From the NCBI GenBank assembly GCA_044892525.1, contig CM097887.1, forward strand, positions 72,106,001 to 72,170,000: a stretch of 64,000 nt of DNA. The letters are read 5' to 3'. The DNA is from Schmidtea polychroa (Eukaryota). The notes below the pieces were generated by a model. The model had not been told where the DNA came from and did not search any database. It saw nothing but the letters and a program-made list of their open reading frames with translations. Position 1 is the first letter of the stretch; every line of letters begins with the position of its first letter. The position numbers and the translations under genes were made by a program. This document shows, one piece after another, positions 45,167-59,848 of the stretch.

Positions 45167-45485
45167 CCATCTTCCCCCGTAAAAACTCCCCAGGGGAACG
45201 AAAAAAACCAAAACTTTGAAAATGAAAGTGAAAATCTCAAATAAACCTCTATTCGAATAAAAACCTTTGGAGTTTTAACCGAATGTTATTTTTTCATTTT
45301 TTTAGTAAACATTTTTTTGGTTTGTTTGGTTTGGTTTTTATTTGGTTGCATTGCGCCATCTACATTTGAAATTATTTAGTCACTGAACTGAATATTTATA
45401 AAATGAGATTAATTTATTCAAATAAAGCCCTTAGTAGGTGTCCTATTCGTTTATACCCACTAGGGGTTTTTACGGGGGAAGACTG
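45167..45485. mobile_element. Tc1/mariner-type MITE
   Basis: TA|CCATCTTCCCCCGTAAAAAC ... GTTTTTACGGGGGAAGACTG|TA. Confidence 0.8.
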
Positions 45486-46163
45486 TAACCTAATTTTCTG
45501 AATATCATTCATAATTATAAAACCTTTAGTTTCTTGATGAAATATAATTACCGAAAAACAGAATAAATTATTGATTATAAAAAAATTAACGAACTTCTAG
45601 AGATGGAAACGCTATTGATTTGATTATATTGTCTGAGTTTTTGAAAAACTCAACAAAATTAGAATTAGAAGTAACCGGATTTCCGTAGGGACACATAATT
45701 TTAATGAAATAATAAAATTCCATAATCAAATCAGTCATCTGAAAAAAATAGATTTGGTCAATAATTGGGAGAAATTGTCGATGCGGTGGAATTCACAATT
45801 TTGTGACTAGAGAAAACAGGTGGTAATGGGGTTGTTGTATCAGGCGACAAAAAAATTACTTCAAAAAATGTCTTGATACCTGTATTTGGGAAATTTTCGG
45901 GGTTAGAAAATTTAAAAATTAAAATTAACAAGGAATAATTTGGCATAGAAAAATGCAGTTATTTGATCCTAGGTATGCAATTATTTAGAACGCCGCCGGT
46001 AATTCGTCATATAATAAGCGGTAAATTTATTTTTTATACTGACTGAAATTTTTTGAAAACTTAATTTATTATTACAAGTTTCTATATAGCTTTCTCTATA
46101 TATAATTCAACTTTTGTGATCGGCTTTCAAACAGATTTCCTTTTTTCAATCGACTTGTGTATC

Positions 46164-46830
46164 TTATGTATTAAGCTTAGAAAGATAATCATTGAATAAA
46201 TTGTTTGTCATTAGAATAATACTCGATTCCATAATTTTTAAATCTTCATCTGTAAAGCATCGAAGGCTTTTCAATTTTCCAAATAGCATGGGCAGCAATT
46301 TTTCACTTGTAGTGGAACATGCTAATACGATTGTAATACGATCTTTTGCATTTTTACAGCCTAAATATTTATCTCCTGTGTTTGAATCAAGGTAGGATCG
46401 GAACAATAAATGAAAGAAATATTCTGTTTCGACTATATTAAAAATGTTTTCATTCTCATATCCTTCTAAAATCACATTTAAACATTGATTTCCAGATTAT
46501 TGTTCAAGTCTCATTGGCCAAAAGTTGAATACTTCTTTATATTATTACGTTTTTCCGTTTTTGTAGCAATAATTCAGACGCTACAAATTTTGGTTTATCA
46601 ATAGTGAGCTGGCTCGCTATTTCCAATGCTTTTTGCTGTAGAACATAAACAATCTTCATAATATGCTACTATCACTTTATTTATTATATATTTTCTGAAA
46701 GATCTAAGACTTTTAATACCTCTAACTCACATGCAACCTCTCTAATGTTCAAATTCTTGTCTAGTAACGTTATTATCTTGAACTTCTTATTTAGGTCGAT
46801 AGATTTTCATGTTCGTTTCTCGTTGATTTC
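46164..46830 (-). pseudogene. pogo/Tigger (CENP-B-like DDE) transposase remnant
   Basis: GCKNAKDRITIVLACSTTSEKLLPMLFGKLKSLRCF resembles the DDE_1 motif GxKxxKDRLTV...EKLxPLxIGK...PRCF. Confidence 0.7.
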
Positions 46831-46947
46831 ATGTTTCATTTAAATTAACGAAAATAGAAAAAATTATTAATAATTAAAAATAAAAAATTATAAGATTAAA
46901 AGTTAAAAACTTGAAATATTTTGTATAAATCATTTTTGTAATTTTAA

Positions 46948-47180
46948 CCCTTAAATGCATGATTTTTCCTTTTTTAATACTATAAATTGACACAGATAAA
47001 TAATTAAGCATAGATAAAGGGAAAAATAAAGAAAAAAATATTTATTTTCCAAAAAGTATATTTTTATAAAAAAATCTTACTGATGTAGATCTACATCAGT
47101 ATGCATTACAGTTAATATTAATAATGTAGCCTAAGTACTGTGCTATTGGATGTATAAATACATCATCATGCATTTAAGGG
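46948..47180. mobile_element. piggyBac-type MITE
   Basis: TTAA|CCCTTAAATGCATGAT ... ATCATGCATTTAAGGG|TTAA. Confidence 0.9.
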
Positions 47181-47320
47181 TTAACAAATTTTTAAAGTGT
47201 GCCATATAAGTTTGTACTTTATATGGAGCGATTTTCATGTGTAAATCTGCAATAGTGTCAAAAATGCTTTTAAAATGTACCATAAATAGAGATGTGCTAT
47301 TATTGAAGTGTACTATATAC

Positions 47321-47573
47321 CAGGGGAGGCCAACCTGTGGCTCGCAAGCCGCGTGCGGCTCTTTGAAGGTTTATTTGCGGCTCCTGATAAATGTACTTGA
47401 TTCACTTTTTATTTTTCTACTATATTTAAGAATTATTGTCGTTGAGTATGTGTCTCAAACTGTCTTTTAAATTACTCATGACAAATATAAAGAATAAATG
47501 CAACGTTGTAATAAATTTTATGTTCGTCCAAGCTAAAAAAGATATGACTCATCGAGAAACTTGGCCACCCCTG
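47321..47573. mobile_element. hAT/Charlie-type MITE
   Basis: CAGGGGAGGCCAA ... TTGGCCACCCCTG; TSD not conserved. Confidence 0.7.
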
Positions 47574-48672
47574 CTTTAATGTATATTATATTTATAAATA
47601 ATTTTTAAAAATTAAATTGATATTGATATAACAAATTGATTTAATAAATTATATTTGAAAATTAATAACACTATTTTAGATAATTAGGAAGTTAATTAAA
47701 ATTAATCTGACTCTTCTGAACGTATTACAAAAGGGTTAAGTTCAAGTATATAAGATGTCTCGAAAAGTGTATTTAAGTTTGTAATGTATAGTTATATTTC
47801 ATTTTTTTAACAAGGTTTTGTAACGTTTGGTAATTTGGTTTGGCGCGTGTCGCGTTTTAAAAAGATTAAAAGAAACTATATAGCGATAATTTACTATGGC
47901 TAATAAAAAAATTGATTACAAATAAAATTTTTAATAACGAAAATAAATTAAAAATTAAAAAAACTTAACAAGCTAAACGCCCAGAAACAACTAGCTATAA
48001 AGAAGTTAGAATTTATCTAAAACACAAATTATTGAAATCGTTCAAATTCTCAAATCTTTGTCTAACCAATATCAGTACTTGTACGGACAATTCCTTCAAA
48101 CTAGTTCTATTATTAGAAACGGATTAACATTTATTCACTGTCTAGTTTCCGAAAACCTTTATATTCTACAGAGATTTTGCAGTTGAAACACAAAGTATTT
48201 GTTTAATTTTTATGTTAATAAAAGTTTAAATATTGTCATTACAATTATACTTTAATCGTCGATTTTACATACAAACACCCTAGCTGTCCCGAGACAGTTC
48301 ATTTACTTGTGACTCGGCTGGGTACTACAATTCTCTACATCAATACTATAATAATACACAATTCCTATTTTACTTAAATATAGACTACAATATATCCCCA
48401 CTATTTAACATAAATAGAACTTAACAACCTAACAAAGTCTATTGGACGAATCGTTCTAAGGTGAGTGAACAATCCTTTAATCAATCCGCCCACTGATTTT
48501 CTTGAGACATTTGGCACACTTTAATAAAATATTGCCGTTACTAGACATACAAACTGAATGCGCATTCAAAGTGTGAATATTCAAATGGTTTGTGTTGTTT
48601 GTCTAAAAAATGGGTAACAAGACATGACATTCTGATATACACCATGAAAAGTTATTATTGTTGGGTTACAGG

Positions 48673-49030
48673 TAGGGTTGTTAATATCGGTTTTTCGAGC
48701 AATCCGATTATCGTTTGTATAAATCCGATTTTAAACCGATTATCGTTTGCACTTTGCATAACCAAAGCTACTTACATTATTACTATTCACGCACGTGTAT
48801 AGTATAATTAGTTTTATTCAAAGTTTATACCTCACACAAGAAGTATATGAACTGACTGTTTATGTAAAAAGTTAAAGCATATAAGTAAATTTGTTTTCAA
48901 TTTCTTCGGTAATTTTCCCTGTATATAGTATATACCGAAACAAAACCGATTATCGTTTTGTGAAATAAAGAAACTGATAATCGTTTTCAAAATCGAAAAT
49001 CGGATTTCCGATTTTCGTTTAACAACCCTA
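48673..49030. mobile_element. hAT-type MITE
   Basis: TAGGGTTGTTAA ... TTAACAACCCTA; perfect 8-bp TSD GTTACAGG; multiple subterminal CCGAT/ATCGG repeats. Confidence 0.9.
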
Positions 49031-49099
49031 GTTACAGGTAGACCACATTTTAGATTTTCGAGCTGTTTCCAGCGTAATCCAGAATAAAATGATGATATA

Positions 49100-50520
49100 C
49101 CGCTTGTTACCCGTTGAGTGAACAACGTTGGTACTGTATCAATTGGGTAAGTACCAGCGAAAAGTGAGCATACCTCGGTATACTTTAATCGGAAAGTACT
49201 CGAGCGGGTTCACGGACTGCCGGTAGAAGGTCTATGTTCGACTTTAATTTATGTCCGTGCTGTACTAATCATCTTCCTCGTGATACTACTCTACCCATTC
49301 TCACCTTCACATTCTCACTTTACAAGACATGACCGGATTTATTTATATGAAATGAAAATTACACACACACACTCCACTATAAAAATAGGCCCTTGGCCGC
49401 AATTAATCGCTTGCACATCTTGAGCCGAGCCTGTTCGGCTTTACTTGGTCGTTTCTTTCTCCGCGCAGTGGTCCGTTCCTTAGCTATCTCTACCTCCACT
49501 GGCCGAATTTGTTGGGCTACCCCTTGATCGATATGGTTTTGGCTTATGTGTTTCTAATTGGCGGACCTGGAGTCTGAGAGCTTTTAACTCTACTTAATCT
49601 TGGGCGCTCTTGAGCTGCAGTTGTTGGATCACCTTCAGGTATTTGTTAATTTCTGTGGGACTGAACTAGGTGCCTTCGAGTTTCCGGCACCGTACCTTGA
49701 GCTTGATGATCCGGAGTTGTTGACCCCGTTTTGGACCGCTTCTCTATCGGCCCTCAATTTTTCCATTAGTTTCAACACTGAATGAAAAGAAAATGATAGA
49801 ATCTAAATTTCTTTCAAGCCGGTATGAGTAATTCTGGAATTACTGGCGTTTTATCCCCATTACCCCACCTGATTGCCATCATATGTTTTAACGATTCTAT
49901 TATTACCCTTCGTAAAATTATTAATTCATGGTTCTTCATAATTCCACCCGATTCTTCTCTCCACTCCGTATTTGGTTTATACAAAAGTTCACCATCCGTA
50001 TTTTCAATAATGCCGGCTTTAATATCCAATTCCACACATTGTAACCGAGCGATTGCGTGATTGACGTCGTTAACGGCTGGATCCAGGCTCGGTTCTCTTT
50101 TACACACGACATTCCTCGTTTCCTGAGGATCTGGAATGCATAGCTCTTCTTGGTTAGCGGTCTGGTTCAATTCGGAATACGGCGTTCCGCGTCCGAATTC
50201 TGTTCCACGGCCACTCTCGCTGAGGGATTGTGGTTGTGTTTCCTAGTGGAGTCTGCTAGTGGCTAGTTTTCTCCTTGTTCGAGCTGGGCTTCACGATATC
50301 GACCCGCAGAGGATGGGCCAGCTTCAGCATTTATATTGTGTAGATCTGATTTCGACATTAGGTTGCAACGAAAACATCACTGATAAGTTACTGATCGGGT
50401 TATATATAGTGGGTAGCTGTATCGGTGTGCGGCCGTGGTAGCCGGTCTTTGGTAATCCTCTTTACTATCGATTTCCGTTGTTATGAATATCTGTCTACAG
50501 GTTAGTGCAGCCCACTGTCG
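49100..50520 (-). mobile_element. GC-richer LTR-like retroelement remnant with a short orphan ORF (49814-50170)
   Basis: Composition shift; TATAAATAAA on the - strand near 49330; candidate GTAACA terminus at about 49105; shares a 20-bp core with 55044. No pol motifs. Confidence 0.35.
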
Positions 50521-53500
50521 TGAACGTGTTAATTAATAGATATGAAATGTAAAAACTAAAAAATACATACACAATCCAATTGTCAAATATTTATCAAAGA
50601 ATATACAAATTCATTTGTTTTATCATAAATTATAAGCATATATTAATAAAATTCCAAATATAAATTATTTATAATTTTAATTAATGTTTGTTTAAATATT
50701 TAAATTATTCAGACAATATTGCAAATTATCACTGTATTTAAATCAGTGGAAATTTATTCAGATTTTAATATAAATTAATTGAAATTTCAAAATAAATACG
50801 CTTTTTATACTAATACTGAAAGCTTAATCAAATTATAAACAATACATTTATACAGAAATAAATAACCTTTGATTTTGGATTTTTCTTAATAATATTCAGA
50901 AAATATGATGTCATAACTGATATAAAATCAACACTTGTGCCAAATTGATATCTTAGATTGAAAATTGAATTACCTGACAATATAATAAAAAATGTACTAA
51001 CTTGAAATTAGTCTTCAGAGATTGTTTCAATGAATTATATATTAATCCACCAAAAACAAAATTATTCTAAGTAATTAATATAGTATGTGCGCTTAAAGTT
51101 ATATCTCATACTTTTTTCATTATAATGCAAGGCGTTAACATTTCAAAATCGGTTTTAACTGTATAGACTGGATCGTATAAAATATCTTTAATCGAGTATT
51201 CATCGAAATTCTATTAAAAATATAATTTACTAAGATTAGTTAATATATATTACAGCATAACTGTTTTCATTTACTGTATTTAAAACGCATTGGTACCATT
51301 CATTGAAATTTTTCAATGGAACAGAACTAGGATTTTCAGTACATTTAATTTTATTTATGTTATCGAATGATCTATAATTAAATTTAACATACACAAATAT
51401 TTAAATAATAGTACTTATAACAAAATGGCTGTAAATCAGTATTGTCGGCATCACCAGAACGAATAATAAATAAACATAGGAAAGACATTGAATATATAGA
51501 TTAAGTTAAAGTATTATTTTTAATTAAATTAAAATTTCAAAAAATTCCTCATTTTAAACAAGATAAAATTAAATTATGATTTCAATATAATTAACTTATT
51601 GTTAAAATGAAATATAATCATTGAAATAAATATAATTAAATAGTACTTTGAAAGTTTTCAAGTTAATATGATGGATTGAATAAAAAATTTTAACTGAATA
51701 AAATAATATTGTAATTGAGGGGTGCAAATTTTTCTTATATTTCCTTTTGATCAAAACTTTGACTTTGTAAAGTTTTTTTTATCCGATTATTCTTTTAGGC
51801 TGTGTTTCGAGTTAACTTAATATTAAGTTGGTGAATATAATGGATTACGAAAGGTGTAAGTTGTTGTCTGACTTTCTAGTATTTTGCATTGAACGCTATG
51901 CGGCTCCTAAACACCAACATAGTCTATATATGCGACATAATCATCCTATTGATACTTTGATTCTGTATATTTTATTGCGGATAATGATCAAATAAATTGG
52001 TCGGAAGATCTACAAATCATGTGCTTTAACGAAATGGTCAATTGATCTTGTCTCTCAGTTTTGCTTAACGCACATTTGCCTCTTAGAAACGCCAACACCA
52101 TAATAATAATAATAAGACTAGTAATGACTGACTTTGTAACTAACGACTGTCTCATGTCTGGACTCTCACTTCTGGTCAATCGTGGTGATTAATAGTAACC
52201 CGCCTCAGACCTGTTATGAAGTAATCACATCATTTATTATGTCATTCATCATCAACATAATTGCTTATTTTAGTTATTATAAAATTTCGGAAACTGACAA
52301 AGTTCGACTAATAATGGCATGGAGAATGGTGAAGATTTTTCCATTTTGAAAAATTTTTGGAAATACTCAAAAATTCAATCAAATTGATAATTTTAAAATA
52401 TTGGAAATTGTCGAATGGAATGATGATGATAACAATTCAATTAATGAAGAAAAACTATTGGATTTTGTAGAAGAAAACCTCTGAGTTTTCTTTAGAAGAA
52501 ATGAATAATTTTTTAATTTATAACAATCATCTATCTTCAACGACAATTTCATGGTTTCTGAATAGTCATTTAATATCAATTAAACAAATAAGATCATCTG
52601 TTGCTGAAAGAAATTGTATTTTGGAAATGAGAATGAAATATGCAACGCGTTTCTTAGAATCACTAAGAGATGGGAAGGAACGAAAAAAAGGAAAGATTAT
52701 ATGCAACCAAACTAGCTAACAGAGGTTGACATGCCTCTGGTCATAGGCGTCAATGGGTCAAATTATCATAAATTAATAGCAGGGTTCTACAAAAGGGTTA
52801 CCCATCAAAATTTTAAATATGAAATGTTTTAATTGAATGAAACTGGATATTGTTTCATTCAAATAATATAATTGAACATTTTCCACAATACAGCCCATTC
52901 CTCAACCCAATTTAAAGTATGTTTAGTAAGATAAAATTAAGCATTCGAAAGACCATATCAAGAGCTAGTGGATTCAATTCCATGTCCTTCTAATGCTGAT
53001 TTTATTTCCACAAAGATGCACTAGATAGTGACCTGAGGAAAGAATTTAACAACTTGCTTTGTTCATTGTTATTGATTTTATCCGAATTGTTTAAAAAATT
53101 TTAATGGTAATTAATTTGTTTTTTAAATAATAAATATTTCCACAAATATAATAAATAATTTTTCTGATATGTAAAGCTAATAATTAAATGGCTGAAATCC
53201 GCGTGATTTGTCAAAGCTTATAATGTAAATATAAAAAAAGTGGGATTTGATGTATATAAAGGTCTCTTCCATGTAACATTAACAGAACTAGCAACGACTT
53301 AAATTGTATATATTTCTATATATTATTATATTTTAAAGTAAGAGTTTGGTATACAATTTTGACGATGTTATCGGTCAATTTGTATCGATTAGAAAATTAA
53401 TTTACCATAGAACTACAGACTAGCCTTTAAATAAATGGTCCATTGTCATTAAATTATTGTAGCGTGTTTACATCTAACATAAGAAATATTTAATTTCTTG

Positions 53501-53916
53501 ATTCATAAAATTAATTTGTCTATGCTTTATAATTATTAAATTCATGAATGAAACAAAACCCCAGTACTATTTCAGTGGTATCAAAACACTGAGCTTACAT
53601 CGATTTGATTCAAAACAAACTACATGGTTTCGCGTGAAGACTGAAATTTCAAACAAATTCAGTTATTAAATAAATGTTTTTCAAGAACATAGATTAATTA
53701 TTTAATTTGCGCATTGAAATGAATTTAAAATAATTGTTTCAACACATTAATCCCAAAAAATATCCCAGTAACATTTAAAAATGAATAACTAAATAAGCAC
53801 ACTTTCACAGATGTCAAATCAATCCACATTTCTTTAAATGAATATAATTTTCTAAATGACAAATAGTTGATCTTTTATTGCAATATATATTAAAAATAAA
53901 GATATTAAATTTATTT

Positions 53917-54606
53917 TTATATCATTTCCTTTATTTCGACCACGGCTTTAGAGTTGACGCGTTGGACTGTTTCATTAATAAGAACTTCATTAACAGCCTG
54001 GGTTTCTTCAACATCCATTTCTTCAAGTTCTTCTTCCTCTTCACACTCTTGAGCTATAATAAATAGCTTAGATATAAATAGTTAAGAATATTTTTTTACC
54101 ATGGGGAGCTATAATTAGATGCATTTTGTTTTTAACTAAATCGAGATCTCTCTCTTTGCGTTTCTCGGTTCCGACAGCTAGTCGATTCATTATATGGTGA
54201 TCTTTCTTTTTCTGTACCATTTGTAAAATCTCAGGCAACATTTTTACTAGAGGAATATTGATTGAAGTAACAAAATTAAAATAAGATTTTTATAATTACA
54301 TGTATTTGTCATTAACTCTTTATCGTATTTTTTCATAAATATTCTTCGCTTTTCAAAGACTTCATTAATTTGAGTTGAAAGTTCTTTTTGCTTTGAAATT
54401 CTTGAGGCTTTAGTCCATTTTGTTCTAACAGGATTCTTTTTTTTCATAAAAGCCAATCTACATTTTTTGCGACAAAATCTAAAACTCTAAAACAAAATTA
54501 TTTTAATTTAAAAAAATATTGATACCCTTGAGTCATTTCTAATAAAAACAGTTCCTTTACCAGGATACACATTTGTAGAACAGAAATTGCATTTTTCAAT
54601 CCGCAT
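53917..54606 (-). CDS. RSL24D1: Ribosome biogenesis protein RLP24 / RSL24D1; 4 exons (54606-54526, 54486-54300, 54246-54100, 54053-53917), 183 aa
   Basis: [27 protein letters not shown]|SFRFCRKKC...[12 protein letters not shown]...KEL...FEKRR...IMNRL...HLIIAPH; three GT-AG introns of 39, 53 and 46 nt that keep the frame (552 nt total). Confidence 0.93.
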
Positions 54607-57600
54607 AGCTAGAAATTAAATAAAGTAATATTTAAACAATTTTTATTAATGTCGTGTTTTAAAAATGTGTGTAAAAATTATAATTAATAAAAATAAAAAT
54701 GTTGAAATAAATTATACTATAAATAGTTATTTTATAGCAATTATTCATGATTATTCATTATAAAATTCATTATTCATAATTCATTATACTATTAAAAAAT
54801 ACAATTTAAAATATGCTTATTAAATTTTTTAAAGTTCAATACGTTTTCGATATTTCTCGTAAAATGCATAAATGCATAAATATATAAATATATTCTATTT
54901 AAAAAACATTTACCTTTAATTTAATCCTAATATTAAATGAATTCTGTGTGGTTGTGCCCTTTAGAATACCAAAATTCCAACTCGTGATTGGTACTATGGA
55001 CTAGGAATAAATTTCGATTGAAGAATGCTCGTGAAAAGTGAGCACTCGAGCGGGTTCACGGACCATCGTTAGAAGGTAATTTTCCATTTTTTTCAGGTTC
55101 CATATGCTGGGTTTTACTCTCCCTAAATTCTAGTTCTTACATAAATAAATAAAAAGAAACTTCTTTCGAAATTTTTATTTCTTTGAAAATTTACACAAAA
55201 CAAATAAAATAAAATTCACTTTTGCAGTAAATCCATCAACTATTTGTGGTCTAATTTTGTATATGCCAGTGCGTGCTATGTTTGAATGCCGCTAATTTAG
55301 CCTACTAGTGTTTGACGGACCTATTTCAATTTTCAACTTGGCCGCCCTTAGGCTTCTAAGAATATAATTCTAATTTAACTTGACCCAATTGTGTTAGCCA
55401 TAAGGTGCTAATTACACATTTTTAATATCTTATACATTCAAAGTCAACCATCAAAATAATTAACTTATTGGTTTTCCAAAATTTATTAGTTTTAATTTAT
55501 TTTGGCAATAAGATATAAAAACATCCATATTCAGGTAAGCTTGGGTTATCAAATCAAAGATCAATATTTCAGAATATTGTAATCTGGGATAATGGAATTC
55601 AAAGATTCAATTATAATGTCAATAATTGACACTGGAATAATACAAAAAACGATAAAATTAAATTTACAAATAAAAATAAAAATATAAATATAAAAATAAA
55701 ATTAACTCAATAATTGTCAATTAAATACAAAACAAGATAAGTTGTCAAAATGATTATTGAGATAATTACATGAGACATAAATAGAGCATGGTAATAATGG
55801 TGAAATTAATAACAGCAGTTGCCAAAAAGTTTGGGAGAGAGATAAATGATAATTGTCAAGAGAGTGATTTGAATCGTAAAGATTTATACCTGACCTGCCA
55901 GCCAATATTCAAGACTAAATAATTTAACATTTTGTTAAAACTCAAATCGCATTAGACTAAGATTTATTAGTAATTGCATTAGAAAGTAGGAAAACATATT
56001 TTGCTTCCACGCACTGGGCGTTTGCATATGTCCTTCACAATTTGACGACAGCCTCCCTGGTTAATGCTCAGCGTCTTGCATCTCTAGCCACAATGTGTGA
56101 ATTTCTTCACACACTGAGATCAACATTAATTATAATGCTTCATGGTACAACTATGAATGTCCCTAGTCGGATCATAGATCTCCCATTATTAAATTGACAC
56201 TAAGTAGAAACACGACGAAGATTCAAATATTTATTTATTCACATTACATTTTATCTGGTAGGTCAAATCCTGTCAAAACGCAACTCGAATGACCTGTAAT
56301 GCAAGCTTCCTTACGCGTACGTCGTCGGGCGTGTTCTCGTTTTACGGGCTTGCAACGCCTTGCTAGCCGATAGGTTGTGATTACTATTCCCGTAACTCGC
56401 TGACTTTGATTATCCACGGGAAAGTTTCTGCTAAGGCTGATGTTTGAATCTGACTAGCTATTTATTGATTCACAATGCCCTGGTTAATCCGGGTTTCTAA
56501 CTGTCAGACTTTGATCCTGAATGCGCATATTACCTGGGGGAAGATCGTCATGACAAAGGGGACGATCTATGGGAACTTAGAAAAGAAAACGGAAGTAAAA
56601 AGAAATAAAAAATGAGAAAGATAAATCAAAGAAAAAAAACAAACAAGGAATTAAAACAAAGGTCATTGTTAATTAAGAAGTACAAATGAAGGTAGAATTT
56701 CAAATTCCAGAAAAACAAAATATGGAAAAGCCGTATCTTGACAGCTTTTCAAAGATAGCAGAATATCCGGGAGAAGGCGGTTTAACAAAAAAAATGGAAA
56801 AGGGAAAAATATCTCGACATCTGTCAGAGATAATGCTGACGTAGCGGGGAACACAGTGGAAATTGAAAATGGGAAAACAAAATCTGTCTCCAGTGCCACA
56901 AGTAAAACAAACTATATAAAGGGAAATTGGTGGACCCAAATTGAGACAAATTTGGAAGACGAAATAGAAACAAAAATTTAGACGATAAGTTAGACAGAGT
57001 CGGACGAAACGTTATAGGAAAAACAATTTGTGGAGAATAATTATAAAGAAAGCAATTGTGAATAATAATTGTTAGAGAAGAATTAAAGAAAAGAATTGAA
57101 AAATTAAACGAAAAGAAGTTACTTGAGTATTCGAATAAATCTGTGAAGGTCAAAGAAAACAACCAACCCAAAGTCCCAGTTGATAAACCAATCAGTAATT
57201 AGTGATCTTTCAATCCGTTGTTATACACAGTATGAATTCTGTCAGTATCAATTCTGGCTCGTAATTCTATAATTTTACGAGACTGTTATCTTATGGTAAT
57301 CTTTGGATTGAGCTTTCTCTAGAGCTTCGATCCTTTGGTGAAGCCTTCATATAAGTACCGATTGGAACCAGATTCCTTTTATTCTCATACACTTTCTTAC
57401 CAGCGACTCGGCTCCCTCGGTCTGACGAGACGCTTTCGTTGCATAAAGCGCCACGTCTTGGCGGAACTTCTCCATCGGATCCACTTTGAACAATTTTATT
57501 TAAAATGTAAGCATAGAATATGCATGACAATGCTACTGTTATTTATAATGGTAATAAAACTGATTTATTTGACCTCATTTATAATAATCATTATCTCCTT

Positions 57601-58149
57601 AAAGCCAAAATAAAGATCATCTACCTTAAATTATTTCCGTTTATTAAAGGTTTTATCATCTTATGATTTGATTATTGAATATTTAGTTATTAATTTATTA
57701 TTCAAAAGAAAATTGAGTTAAATTATAGATGAGACGACATACTAAACAACTATAAAGTTAAAATTCTAGATTCAAACGAATTTTATTCTATGAAATAAAA
57801 ATAGGTAGATACAATGATTTCGTCACATTTCTTCTAAAATCTTTGAAAAGTTCACCAAATTTATCAACTCCCCATCGCCCGGCATTCTGTTTGGCATTTG
57901 CTTCACTTTTCCGATTATTTCCCACAATCTGAATGTCTAAAAATAAAATCGTGAATTATTATATATCGAACTACAGAAATGGGTATCATGGTAGATTCTT
58001 AGTAACTCTGCTATGTGAAACTAGATTGTATATTCGAATTCAATGAAGAAGAAAGTAAAATTAAGTGCAAATTTTGTACCGAAGCGAAAGTAGATGGAGA
58101 TTTTTTAATTGGGAAAAAGTGGGATGATTATTTGAAACGTCATCTAAAT

Positions 58150-59848
58150 CAGCTATGTCCAACCTACGGCCCGCGGGCCGCATGCGGCCCATTCAATAAT
58201 TTTGTGCGGCCCGTTTTGATTAATATTTATTGTAATGAAATATCAAATATAAATTTTTTATAGACCTTTTTATTTGTCACTGTTTTTTACACCTTGAGAA
58301 TTTATGTGCGCAAGTATTTGATATGAACCATGTGATGTCAGTCGTTATTAAAATAGTTAACGCAATAAAAAATAATTCCTTGAAACATCGTCAGTTTCAA
58401 GATTACCTTCAAGAACTAGAATCTGAGTACAGTGATTTGCTTTTTTATGCGAAAATTCGCTGGTTAAGTCGTGGGAAATGTTTAGAAAGATTTTGGAATT
58501 TGAGAGAAGAGATTGGAATTTTAATGAATGAAAATGACCAAAATGTTCCTGAATTATATGATGAGCAGTGGCTTTTGGATTTATGTTTCCTTACAGATAT
58601 TACTATGAAATTAAACGAACTGAATAGGCAGCTTCAAGGTGAAAACAAGTTGATCACAGACTGTTATGGAAATATAAAAGCATTCATAACAAAACTGAAA
58701 CTTTATGAAAGTCAATTAAAATCAAAAAATTCTGTCCACTTTCCATTATTACATATATTTAATTCTGACAAAAAAGATTTTTCTAAATATGCACAAGAAA
58801 TTACCAATTTACTACAAGAATTTCAGGAGAGATTTCCATATTTAAAGAAATATGAGAATATATTTAATATTTTCCTATGTCCATTTGACATTGTTGTGGA
58901 ATCAGCTCCAACAAATTTGCAAATGGAGTTAATAGATCTCCAGTCATCTTCTGAATTAAAATATATGTTTGAAGCCAATGATGAAGTTCAGTTTTATAAA
59001 AAATACATATGCAATGATAAATTTCCTAATCTAAGAAAACTAGCGATAAGCGTTACAGCTGCAATGGGGACCACGTATCTTTGCGAATCTTTTTTTTCAA
59101 AATTAAAGATTGTTAAATGTAAAAGTCGTAATAGATTAACTGATGAAAATTTAAAAAACCAATTACGATGTGCAACTTCGAAAATACCTGTGGACATAAA
59201 AAAATTATCTGAAAAAATTGAAAAACAAGTTTCACATTAAGTAATATGTATGTATATGTAAAACATGGAATAATCCTATTACACACTGTTTAATTAAAAA
59301 CAAACTGTTTTAATTAAAATACACTGTTTAAATATTTAACCAAATTATTTATTTAAAATAAAAATGCCGCGAATCCAAAATATAACAAAACTTACGGAAT
59401 TAATATACAACGATGAAGAGCTAATTGCAACCAGATTTAAATCCGACAGTCTTTATGATGACTTGAAAAAATCCAAACTTGAAGTATTAGAATTTGTGGC
59501 TAGCTTAGGACTTATTAAAAATACCATGGATTGTGAAATGTGCAATGCACACATGAAGTTAGTAAAAGCGAAAAGGCTAGTTGATGGTTATGTGTGGAGC
59601 TGCACACTCCCATGCCGAAAATCAACTTCTGTGCGATTTATAATTTGTATTATAATTTGCAATAAATATTAAAACAGTTTGTTTTAAATAAAACAGTTTG
59701 TTTTTAATTAAACAGTTTATAATAGGATTATGCCGTAAAACATAATTTAGTTTGTATAAATTTTTTATAATAAATAAATACGTGTGGCCCACATTATATT
59801 TTAATTTTTTATTTTGGCCCAGTAACCAATTTCGGTTGGACACCACTG
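58150..59848 (+). mobile_element. Internally deleted hAT (Charlie/SPIN-like) element with the C-terminal half of its transposase (58323-59240)
   Basis: CAGCTATGTCCAACC ... GGTTGGACACCACTG; 8-bp TSD ATCTAAAT; IRWLSRGKCL, FLTDI, TYLCESFFSKLK...RNRLTDENL. Confidence 0.9.
59267..59734 (+). mobile_element. Merlin (ISXO2-like) non-autonomous element with the transposase N-terminal zinc-ribbon ORF (59364-59672)
   Basis: TIR GGAATAATCCTATTA / TAATAGGATTATGCC; 9-bp TSD GTAAAACAT; LGLIKNTMDCEMCNAHMKL...DGYVWSC..PC. Confidence 0.88.

Noticed and set aside
51988-53700. Short ORFs and possible exons downstream of RSL24D1
   Set aside because: No recognisable homology or consistent splice chain.
56560-57500. 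A-rich degenerate reading frame and LTR-like sequence
   Set aside because: Multiple stops and no diagnostic motif; cannot be assigned.
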